Assembly: GCA_964493535.1 (NCBI GenBank)
Contig: CAZBOO010000002.1
Location: 1 to 33,719 of the forward strand
Source: an uncultured Aquificales bacterium
Lineage (GTDB): Bacteria > Thermosulfidibacterota > Thermosulfidibacteria > Thermosulfidibacterales > B14-G1
DNA: 33,719 nt
Direction of reading: 5' to 3'
The notes beneath the pieces were generated by a model. It had not been told where the DNA came from and searched no databases. It was given only the letters and a program-made list of their open reading frames with translations. Positions 27,446-33,719 of the stretch are shown piece by piece; the first letter of the stretch is position 1, and every line of letters begins with the position of its first letter. The position numbers and the translations under genes are program-made.

Positions 27446-28838
27446 CCTTTGCACCTCCCTCTTCCCAGCTGATCATCACAACGTTCTTGCCCAAGCCTTT
27501 TCCTCTATAGAGGGCCTTATCCGCCCTCAGCAGCACCTGATCTATGCTTGTATCTGGATTGTCTGGGCCGAACCAGGAGACCCCAAAGGTGGCGGTTATG
27601 GTGGTGGGAACCCCCATATCGGCAACCTCCAAGGCCTTCCTGATCCTCTCTGCCACCTTTCGAGCAGCCTCTCCATCGGTGTGGGGAAGGAGGAGTACGA
27701 ACTCCTCACCCCCATACCTCCCAGGAGCATCTACCTTTCGACAGATCTTCTTCAGTATGAACCCTATGGATTTGAGTACCACATCTCCTGCTTGATGGCC
27801 CCAGGTGTCGTTCACATTCTTGAAATCGTCGATGTCAAGCATCACCATGGAGAAGGGGTACTTGTACCTTCTGGCCCTGTCCAGTTCGTTCTCTGCAAGC
27901 TCCATCCAGGTCCTCCTGTTGAAAATGCCCGTTAACTCGTCAATGGTAGCCAGTATTTCCAGCCTCTCCTCTAAGGTGAGACGGGTCAAAGTGGTGCCGG
28001 CGATATCGGCCAGAATCTCCAAGGACAGCAGGTCCTCACCGGTCACCTCGGCCCTTCTGAGTTTTCTATCGGCGCCCACCACAGCCCTGGCGTGCCTCTC
28101 ACCCTCTACCTTTACTGGCACCAGCAGAAAGGACCCGGAACGGATGGCCTCGATCTTGTTGTAGGGTGAAGGCAGCCGGTATTTGGGAGGGATATAGTCG
28201 TTCGTGGTGAATATGAAGGAGCGGTTCTCCTTGCAGGCTATCCCTAAGGCCCCTGCCTCCTCTGAACATGGAATTGCCATCTCTTCCAGTATCTTCTCCT
28301 CTTGCTTGTCTTTTGGTTTTATGCCTCGGGCCTCCACTATCGCCAGGCCTGTGTCTCCTCTCTTCAGGATATTCACCCTCTCGAGCCCTAAGGCCACATG
28401 GGCAGCGTGGGCCAGATTGTAATATACCTCCTCCTCCTTGGTGGACTTTCCAACCATTGCACCAAACTGGCTTATCTTAAGCATCCTCTCCTTGGTGAGC
28501 TCCAACTCATGGCGGGCCGTCTCTTCTTTCCTGGCAAGTTCGGCCTCTGAGGATGCTATGTGATTGAAGAGCCTCTTCTCCTTCTCCATTCTGGCCACCA
28601 CGATCCCGGCAAAGACGACAAAGGCAAGCGCAGTACCCAGGGTGATGTAGAGGTACAGGACCACTCGGTAGACGGGGGCAACATTGAGGCCCATGAGGGC
28701 CTCTACGATGAGCCACCCTAAGGGCGCCCCCAGGGCAATGACCAAACCCCACAACAGGAAGACGGAAAAGGGTTTTCCCTCTCCCTCACCTCCTTTTAGC
28801 CATTTCCTGAGTATCACCCGGACCCTCCCCCTCACCAT
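27402..28838 (-). CDS. Membrane-anchored diguanylate cyclase: 2 TM helices, coiled coil, GAF-like sensor, GGDEF domain with I-site
   Basis: TM segments FSVFLLWGLVIALGAPLGWLIV and VVLYLYITLGTALAFVVFAGIVV. The catalytic block is DELTGIFNRR...MLDIDDFKNVND...RKVDAPGRYGGEEF, giving an active GGEEF with RxxD five residues upstream. Start re-assigned to ATG 28838 (MVRGRV...). The track extension to 29072 runs into the divergent LysE gene. Confidence 0.88.
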   Translation of the reverse strand: MVRGRVRVILRKWLKGGEGEGKPFSVFLLWGLVIALGAPLGWLIVEALMGLNVAPVYRVVLYLYITLGTALAFVVFAGIVVARMEKEKRLFNHIASSEAELARKEETARHELELTKERMLKISQFGAMVGKSTKEEEVYYNLAHAAHVALGLERVNILKRGDTGLAIVEARGIKPKDKQEEKILEEMAIPCSEEAGALGIACKENRSFIFTTNDYIPPKYRLPSPYNKIEAIRSGSFLLVPVKVEGERHARAVVGADRKLRRAEVTGEDLLSLEILADIAGTTLTRLTLEERLEILATIDELTGIFNRRTWMELAENELDRARRYKYPFSMVMLDIDDFKNVNDTWGHQAGDVVLKSIGFILKKICRKVDAPGRYGGEEFVLLLPHTDGEAARKVAERIRKALEVADMGVPTTITATFGVSWFGPDNPDTSIDQVLLRADKALYRGKGLGKNVVMISWEEGGAKDETGDPSHGGPPTY

Positions 28839-28938
28839 ACATTTTATACAATACGGCTTACGGAAGAGATGTGCAATAAACAACCTGTTTTTTAATGCAA
28901 CGGCCGAGGTAAGTATAACCTGACACCCTTTGGGATGA

Positions 28939-28950
28939 AACAGCGCTGTT
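28939..28950. promoter_or_regulatory. Perfect 12-bp palindrome AACAGCGCTGTT in the GGDEF / LysE divergent intergenic region
   Basis: Read directly from the sequence. It lies 59 nt upstream of the LysE-family ATG. Function is unknown; it is a candidate dimeric-regulator site. Confidence 0.25.
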
Positions 28951-29008
28951 GCCTCTGGTGTGCCCATCCCCTCTCTGATACAAGTCACTCCGACGAAGGA
29001 GGAGAGGT

Positions 29009-29647
29009 ATGGCAGGTTTAATGGCAATAGGGATGGGGTCCTTTCTGATAGCCTTTTCCGGTGCTGCCTCACCGGGACCGGTTCTCACCATAACCCTGGC
29101 AGAATCAGCCAAAAGGGGCTTCAAGGTAGGTCCCCTCATCGTCTTAGGCCATGCTATCCTGGAAGTGCCTGTGGTTATGGCCGTGGTTATAGGCATGGGA
29201 ACCGTGCTGCAGGGACCCATAGCCGTGCGTATCTTAGGAGTGGTGGGAGGGGCCGTCCTCTTTTGGCTGGCCTGGCAGACTTACAGGGAGTCTTCTGTCC
29301 CCTTCCAAGCAGACCAATGGGAGGAGAACCCCCAAGGCTGGAGGGATCTCCCCCTTAAGGGAATACTCACCAGCCTCTCAAACCCCTATTGGTTCCTATG
29401 GTGGGCCACCATAGGCTTAGCCTATCTCACTATTGCTCTCAAAAGGGGATGGGCTGGGGTAGCCTTTTTTTATGTGGGCCACATCCTGGCGGACCTGGCC
29501 TGGTACTCATTCATCTCAGGACTGGTGGCATCGGGAAGAAAATTCCTTAGTGCCGGAAGCTACGCCTGGCTTTTGAGGGTATGCGCCCTGGTTCTTTTCA
29601 TTTTCGGGCTTTACTTTTTCTATGTAGGAGCAAAAGGTAAGACATAG
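29009..29647 (+). CDS. LysE/RhtB-family amino-acid (or small-metabolite) exporter
   Basis: 212 aa with about 6 hydrophobic helices. The N-terminal FLIAFSGAASPGPVLTITL block is typical of the LysE family. RBS GGAGGAG upstream. Confidence 0.85.
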   Translation: MAGLMAIGMGSFLIAFSGAASPGPVLTITLAESAKRGFKVGPLIVLGHAILEVPVVMAVVIGMGTVLQGPIAVRILGVVGGAVLFWLAWQTYRESSVPFQADQWEENPQGWRDLPLKGILTSLSNPYWFLWWATIGLAYLTIALKRGWAGVAFFYVGHILADLAWYSFISGLVASGRKFLSAGSYAWLLRVCALVLFIFGLYFFYVGAKGKT

Positions 29648-29654
29648 GGATGAT

Positions 29655-30365
29655 ATGGGAAAAATAGAAGCCGTCTCCTTCGATTTTTGGGAAACCCTCT
29701 TCGGTTTCCTCAGTCTTCAGGAACTGGAGGAGTTCCGCCGCATCAGGGCTGAGGGTTTCTCCCAGGTGCTGAGCATACCTCCCCGGGAAGTAGAAAGGGC
29801 CTTTCAACAAATTATAATAGAGATGAATAGGGAAAGGGAAGCCACAGGGTTAGAAATCCCTTTAGACGAGATCATCCGGCGGACGGTGAAGCAGGTGGGC
29901 ATCAACAAGGCCCCTTTGGATTGCCTGGAGAAGATCTATATAAAGGCCGTCTTTGAACGGCTTCCCGGTCCCCTCCCAGGGGCCTTGGAAACCATCCAGG
30001 AACTGATGAAACGGGGTATACCCCTCGCCATCATCTCCAACACCATCCACGGCCATATAGAAAAAGCCATCCTGAGACACTACCAACTCCAAAACAATTT
30101 CAAAATCCTCCTTTTCTCCTCGGAGGTACGCTACAGAAAACCCCGACCAGAGATCTTTCGCATGGCCCTCCACCACTTAAGGGCTCCTCCCGAAAAGGCC
30201 ATGCACGTGGGAGATACCCCCAATGCCGATGTAGTGGGCGCCCTAAAGGCAGGCATGGAGGCTGTTTACTATAATCCTCGGGAGGAGGACTACCCACCGG
30301 AACTGCCCCAACCCCATTACACCATCCGCCATCTGACTCAAGTCCTGGACCTCGTGGCCCCATAA
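29655..30365 (+). CDS. HAD-superfamily hydrolase, subfamily IA (haloacid-dehalogenase-like variant of motif I)
   Basis: Motif I is SFDFWETLF, motif II is IISNT, and motif IV is HVGDTPNADVVGA, preceded by the motif III YRKP lysine region. Confidence 0.85.
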   Translation: MGKIEAVSFDFWETLFGFLSLQELEEFRRIRAEGFSQVLSIPPREVERAFQQIIIEMNREREATGLEIPLDEIIRRTVKQVGINKAPLDCLEKIYIKAVFERLPGPLPGALETIQELMKRGIPLAIISNTIHGHIEKAILRHYQLQNNFKILLFSSEVRYRKPRPEIFRMALHHLRAPPEKAMHVGDTPNADVVGALKAGMEAVYYNPREEDYPPELPQPHYTIRHLTQVLDLVAP

Positions 30366-30680
30366 AGACCACCCATCTTTCGGCCCAGGAAGGCAAGCGA
30401 TGAGGATCTGATAGGGGTAGGAAGATCCAGTTACCCGGACCCTCCCCCTACATCACGCTTAGGAACAGACTCACTTTAATTTGAATGCGTTAACTAAGGT
30501 AATGGCCAGTTTTTGGGGGAACTCCAAATAGGTAAGGATTGTTTTACTCATGGAAGCAACCCTTGATTTGCCGTGTTCTGAGACTGCTATATTAGCCTTC
30601 TGTGTTTGCATATGCCTGAAAACATGTCAAAATATATTATAGTTATTTATGCAATTATGCTTATTGTTTTTGATTATTAA

Positions 30681-30694
30681 CTACTGTACAGTAG
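30681..30694. promoter_or_regulatory. Perfect 14-bp palindrome CTACTGTACAGTAG, candidate TetR operator
   Basis: Read directly from the sequence, 59 nt upstream of the TetR ATG. Related half-sites CACTG (30711-30715) and CAGTG (30732-30736) bracket the -35 box. Confidence 0.4.
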
Positions 30695-30716
30695 GTAGTC
30701 ATATAATAAACACTGC

Positions 30717-30745
30717 TTGACAATTGCACCACAGTGATTTAAGTT
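30717..30745 (+). promoter_or_regulatory. Sigma70-like promoter placing the transcription start at or next to the TetR ATG (leaderless mRNA candidate)
   Basis: TTGACA (30717-30722), a 17-nt spacer, then TAAGTT (30740-30745). The ATG at 30753 is 8 nt after the -10 box and has no purine-rich SD in front of it. Confidence 0.4.
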
Positions 30746-30752
30746 ATCAAAC

Positions 30753-31328
30753 ATGAACCGGATAAGTTTTATACATGCGGTAGCTACTAAGCTCTTTTCG
30801 GAGAAGGGTTACAAGGGGGCCAGCCTTCAAGGGATAGCCCAGGAAGTGGGGATACAAAAGGCCTCCCTTTACCACTACATCCCCAGCAAGGAGGAACTCC
30901 TCTGTGAGATATTCCTCAGTGTGGTGGAGAGGCTACAAACTCAGTTTATTAAGATCAGGAAGGAATGTCTTCATCCCCTGGAGCGCATCAGGCGTTTCAT
31001 TGGCTGTTATCTCTCCTTCGTGGTGAACGATAGGTCAGCCTTCCAGGTATTTCTCACGGAGAAGAGGGAGCTCACTCCCCAGCACAGAAAGAAGGTGGAC
31101 GTCGTATGTGATCTATTGAATTCCCTGATGAGGGAGGCCATTCTCCAGGCCAAAGATGAGGGGTTGCTATCGCCTGATGTGAAGGAGGATTTGGCTACTC
31201 TTTTCATCTTTGGGGCCTGCAATTGGGTTGTGGAGTGGTTTTCTCCCCAAGGAAGATACTCCGTTGAGGATATAGCAAAGTATTATGTGTCCATTTTTCT
31301 CAAAGGTTTAAAGGACGGGGGAGAGTAG
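30753..31328 (+). CDS. TetR/AcrR-family transcriptional regulator
   Basis: The N-terminal HTH is ATKLFSEKGYKGASLQGIAQEVGIQKASLYHY. The rest is a helical C-terminal ligand domain. Confidence 0.9.
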   Translation: MNRISFIHAVATKLFSEKGYKGASLQGIAQEVGIQKASLYHYIPSKEELLCEIFLSVVERLQTQFIKIRKECLHPLERIRRFIGCYLSFVVNDRSAFQVFLTEKRELTPQHRKKVDVVCDLLNSLMREAILQAKDEGLLSPDVKEDLATLFIFGACNWVVEWFSPQGRYSVEDIAKYYVSIFLKGLKDGGE

Positions 31329-31332
31329 TGCT

Positions 31333-33393
31333 ATGGATACTCGGATGGAGGGTTTCCTTAATCCTGCTTCTGTGGCCCTGATTGGGGTGCCAAAGGCCAC
31401 AGGGATGGGTGCGTTTAACTACTTAGAAAACCTAATTAGATTTGGCTATAAGGGTAAGGTATTTCCTGTGAATCCGAAGCTGGACACAATTCTCGGTTTT
31501 AAGGCTTATCCCGATGTGATGGCACTCCCTGAAAAACCCGATTTGGCTGTAGTAACGGTGGGGAGAGAGCGAGTATTGGATGTGGTCAGGGGCTGCGGAG
31601 AAAGGGGGATAAGAAGGGCGATCGTGGTTACCCAAGGCTTTGCCGATGCTGACACAAGGGGAAAGGAGCTCCAAAGGGAGCTGACAAAGATGGCCCATGC
31701 CTTTGGCATCAGGATAGTAGGCCCCAACACACTTGGGATCGTCAATCACTTAGCCCCCTTCTCCAGCTCATTTGTGGACATCCCCAGGGATGAAGAGCCA
31801 TGGCCTGTCTCTGTAGTGTGCCAGAGCGGATTGTTCCATGTAGGTCCTGAGAGTTTCATAGGCAAGGTAGGCAAGGGGATAGACATAGGTGACGCCTGCG
31901 ATATAGGCTTCACAGAGTGCCTAGAGTACTTTGGGGAAGATCCTGAGACCAGGGTGATAGTGATACATATGGAAGGGATAAGGGATGAAAAACAGTTTCT
32001 CAAGATAGCGGCTCAAGTGTCAAGGAGAAAGCCTGTATTGGCGTTGAAGACTGGCAGAAGCGAAGCAGGTAAGAAGATGGCTCTGTCCCATACAGGTTCC
32101 ATGGTAGGGGAGCATGAGGTGTATAAGGCTGCCTTCAAAAAGGCGGGTTTACTGGATGTAAAGGACTCCGAGGAGCTGATGGATGCGGTGAAGGCTCTCC
32201 TCTTTCTCTCTCCTATGAAAGGGAAGAGGCTAGGGCTTATCAGCTTTACGGGTGGAGGAGCCGTTATAATGGCAGACGCCTGTCAGGTCCACCAGATGGA
32301 AATAGCTGAGATCTCTTCGGAGGAGCTGAGTCCCCTCCAAGCCCTGGCCCCAGACTGGTTTAAGATCTCTAATCCTGTGGATATATGGCCTCCCATCATG
32401 TGGAGCGGGTGTGATAAAGCCATAGATGCCGTCCTTAAGCTGATGCAAGAAAGCGATAATGTGGACGGTATCATCTTCATCTTACCGGCCTTTGGTTCCC
32501 CCCTTCATGCCGACATCAACCCTGAAAAAAATCTAAAAGAGAGACCGGACAAAAATACTAAACCCGTTGTAGCCTGTCCCTGTGGTGATAATAGAGAGGA
32601 GATAGCCAAAAGACTCGAGGAAGAGACAAGAGCAGTGGTGTATCCCTCTATCACCCGTGCGGTGCGTGCCTTATCTCTCCTCAGGAAGTACCATGTGTTG
32701 AGCAAGGAAGATAGGCCACCTGTGAAGGAGATTCCCTCTGTTGGCCAAAAGAAAGAGATGCTTTTGGGGCAGGGGGCCCTAAGGCTACTTGAGGAGAGGG
32801 GCATCCCGGTTTTGCCCTATGAGGTAGTCTTGGATGACCAAGATGCAGTAAGGGCAGGAGATAGATTGGGATACCCGCTGGCAGTGAAGCTCATTTCTCC
32901 CTCAGCTACCCATAAGACGGAGAGAGGAGTGGTGGTTCTTGATATAAGGGGAGTTGAAGGACTGAGGAGGGCGATTGAGGAGATGAGGGAGAGGGCCTTA
33001 CGGGAGAAGATTTTGATAAATGGATTCTTATTACAGCCCATGGCGAAGGGAGTGGAGTTGATCATGGGCATAAAGAGGGACCCACAATTCGGGCCTGTGA
33101 TCACCTTTGGTATGGGTGGCATTTATACAGAGGTCTTGAAGGATTTTACCCTGGGGATCGTACCTATAAACAAGGGTGAGGCCATGGAGATGGTGGATGG
33201 TCTGAGAGGTAGGGCCATATTAGAGGGGGTGAGAGGGCAACCCGGCGTGGATAAAGATTGCCTTGTCGAGGTCCTATTGTGCCTCTCCGACATGGCGATG
33301 AAGATACCCCAGATAAGGGAATTGGATATAAATCCCCTTATGGCTGCCTCAGATACCTGCTTTGCTGTGGATTGCCGGATCATTTTGGGGTAG
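31333..33393 (+). CDS. ADP-forming (NDP-forming) acyl-/acetyl-CoA synthetase, fused alpha+beta domains
   Basis: 686 aa. CoA-binding N-terminus (VALIGV...NP..D.ILG.KAYPDV), phosphohistidine loop ALSHTGSMVG (His codon 32089-32091) and a C-terminal ATP-grasp region (GYPLAVKLISP...HKTERGVV). SD GGGGGAGAG overlaps the TetR stop, so the two genes are probably co-transcribed. Confidence 0.88.
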   Translation: MDTRMEGFLNPASVALIGVPKATGMGAFNYLENLIRFGYKGKVFPVNPKLDTILGFKAYPDVMALPEKPDLAVVTVGRERVLDVVRGCGERGIRRAIVVTQGFADADTRGKELQRELTKMAHAFGIRIVGPNTLGIVNHLAPFSSSFVDIPRDEEPWPVSVVCQSGLFHVGPESFIGKVGKGIDIGDACDIGFTECLEYFGEDPETRVIVIHMEGIRDEKQFLKIAAQVSRRKPVLALKTGRSEAGKKMALSHTGSMVGEHEVYKAAFKKAGLLDVKDSEELMDAVKALLFLSPMKGKRLGLISFTGGGAVIMADACQVHQMEIAEISSEELSPLQALAPDWFKISNPVDIWPPIMWSGCDKAIDAVLKLMQESDNVDGIIFILPAFGSPLHADINPEKNLKERPDKNTKPVVACPCGDNREEIAKRLEEETRAVVYPSITRAVRALSLLRKYHVLSKEDRPPVKEIPSVGQKKEMLLGQGALRLLEERGIPVLPYEVVLDDQDAVRAGDRLGYPLAVKLISPSATHKTERGVVVLDIRGVEGLRRAIEEMRERALREKILINGFLLQPMAKGVELIMGIKRDPQFGPVITFGMGGIYTEVLKDFTLGIVPINKGEAMEMVDGLRGRAILEGVRGQPGVDKDCLVEVLLCLSDMAMKIPQIRELDINPLMAASDTCFAVDCRIILG

Positions 33394-33468
33394 TCTAAAA
33401 TGATGAAAGGGTAGTTTAGGAAGCTCATTTGGTAGCCCAGCAGTTTCACGGTGAATTCAAGACCGACC

Positions 33469-33498
33469 TTGACATAGAGAGGTTACCGTTGGTATAGA
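33469..33498 (+). promoter_or_regulatory. Promoter-like element in the non-coding tail
   Basis: TTGACA (33469-33474), an 18-nt spacer ending in TGG (TGn extended -10), then TATAGA (33493-33498). Confidence 0.3.
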
Positions 33499-33504
33499 GG
33501 GGAG

Positions 33505-33618
33505 AGTGGTTGAAGTAGGGGGTAAAAAGGGCGGAAGGTCCTAAACCAGGTATTGAGAGTAAAGAAAGGTGGGTAATATCCCCTTCTGCCTGTGCCAAAG
33601 GCAGACAGGCAGCTTTTG
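33505..33618 (+). ncRNA. Candidate ~110-nt purine-rich transcript (sRNA or 5' leader) bounded by the promoter-like element and a terminator hairpin; identity unknown
   Basis: Defined only by its flanking signals. I recognise no known RNA family in it. Confidence 0.2.
33586..33618 (+). terminator. Rho-independent terminator-like hairpin
   Basis: CTGCCTGTGCC-aaa-GGC(ag)ACAGGCAG, 11 bp with a 2-nt bulge, followed by CTTTTG. It could equally terminate the TetR-ACD transcript after a ~190-nt 3' UTR. Confidence 0.55.
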
Positions 33619-33638
33619 AGAAAAGGGGGGTTAGCCAG

Positions 33639-33716
33639 ATGGACTCACGGATTCAGGTGAAGATAAGAAACCCATTAGATCAGATTTTTGAAGGGAAAGG
33701 GGGGGGTAGTCTATAG
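33639..33716 (+). CDS. Possible 25-aa micro-ORF (MDSRIQVKIRNPLDQIFEGKGGGSL)
   Basis: AAGGGGGG lies 8 nt before the ATG. The ORF is very short and I have no homology evidence. It ends 3 nt before the window edge. Confidence 0.15.
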   Translation: MDSRIQVKIRNPLDQIFEGKGGGSL

Positions 33717-33719
33717 GAC

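Noticed and set aside
28839-29008. A possible riboswitch (for example lysine) in the 170-nt region upstream of the LysE-family exporter.
   Set aside because: No conserved L-box or other riboswitch core that I recognise, and no terminator before the ATG. A divergent promoter region with a 12-bp palindrome is the simpler reading.
28839-29072. A 78-aa N-terminal extension of the GGDEF ORF.
   Set aside because: It would overlap the divergent LysE-family gene start at 29009 and consume the whole intergenic region. ATG 28838 precedes the first TM helix, as expected for this architecture.
33400-33620. Resemblance of the purine-rich tail to SRP RNA, glycine, c-di-GMP-I or fluoride riboswitches (short matches such as GGAGAG and CCTAAACCAGG).
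   Set aside because: Only isolated 5-10 nt similarities are present. The defining cores are absent: the SRP domain IV GGAA/AGCA loops, the glycine CACCGAAGG...CUCAGGCAAAAGGAC, and the GEMM GCAAA/ACGCAAAGC pairs.
33387-33713. An exact 11-bp direct repeat GGGGTAGTCTA at 33387-33397 (spanning the ACD stop codon) and 33703-33713 (spanning the micro-ORF end), 316 bp apart. I considered target-site duplication of a small inserted element.
   Set aside because: A rough estimate (about 33,700 positions x about 330-nt neighbourhood / 4^11) predicts roughly 2-3 such same-strand 11-mer coincidences in a window this size. I found no terminal inverted repeats inside the interval. It is worth re-checking only if the repeat recurs elsewhere in the genome.
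1-33719. A search by eye for CRISPR arrays, IS/transposase, integrase, phage, restriction-modification, toxin-antitoxin or other defence-type genes.
   Set aside because: No regularly spaced direct repeats are visible. Every long ORF has a confident housekeeping or metabolic identity. The only unexplained coding capacity is the small region 18429-18976 plus micro-ORFs. I therefore do not claim a novel system.

Overview
This window reads as ordinary core chromosome from a bacterium, probably a thermophilic anaerobe judging by E/K/R/I/V-rich proteins, GGAGG-type ribosome-binding sites and its gene content. I cannot name the taxon from sequence alone. I support 33 protein genes, 3 tRNAs and several hairpins and promoter-like sites.

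Gene order:
- hemW, 5'-truncated at the window edge.
- A minus-strand operon, ffh-rpsP-KH-rimM-trmD-(Tm1570-like SPOUT)-rplS.
- carB.
- A D-2-hydroxyacid dehydrogenase convergent with an FAH-family hydrolase.
- An XRE-cupin regulator, then thiolase-hbd-acd-etfB-etfA and a fused membrane/HdrD-like Fe-S oxidoreductase, then a small orphan ORF.
- tRNA-Val, tRNA-Asp, ispE, tRNA-Gln, prs, ctc, pth.
- hppA.
- A tight minus-strand operon: GGDEF, PK_C-like, archaeal-type NMNAT, cinA, thpR.
- LysE-family exporter and a HAD hydrolase.
- An AT-rich gap, then TetR and a fused ADP-forming acyl-CoA synthetase.
- A non-coding tail with a promoter/terminator-like unit.

I see no CRISPR array, transposase, integrase, restriction, toxin-antitoxin or other recognisable defence or mobile gene. 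I do not find a convincing undescribed system.

The points most worth a second look:
- The ETF-linked membrane oxidoreductase module, which lacks a hydratase gene.
- A 95-codon open frame with coding-like composition but no start codon, lying -1 to the orphan ORF.
- The c-di-GMP/NAD/2H-phosphoesterase operon.
- A strong intrinsic terminator inside the ribosomal operon.
- The AT-rich palindrome-bearing region upstream of an apparently leaderless TetR gene.
- The orphan promoter-terminator unit at the 3' end.

Several ORF-track starts (TTG/GTG extensions) were re-assigned from RBS spacing and family N-termini. Most antisense ORFs in the track are shadows of the real genes.
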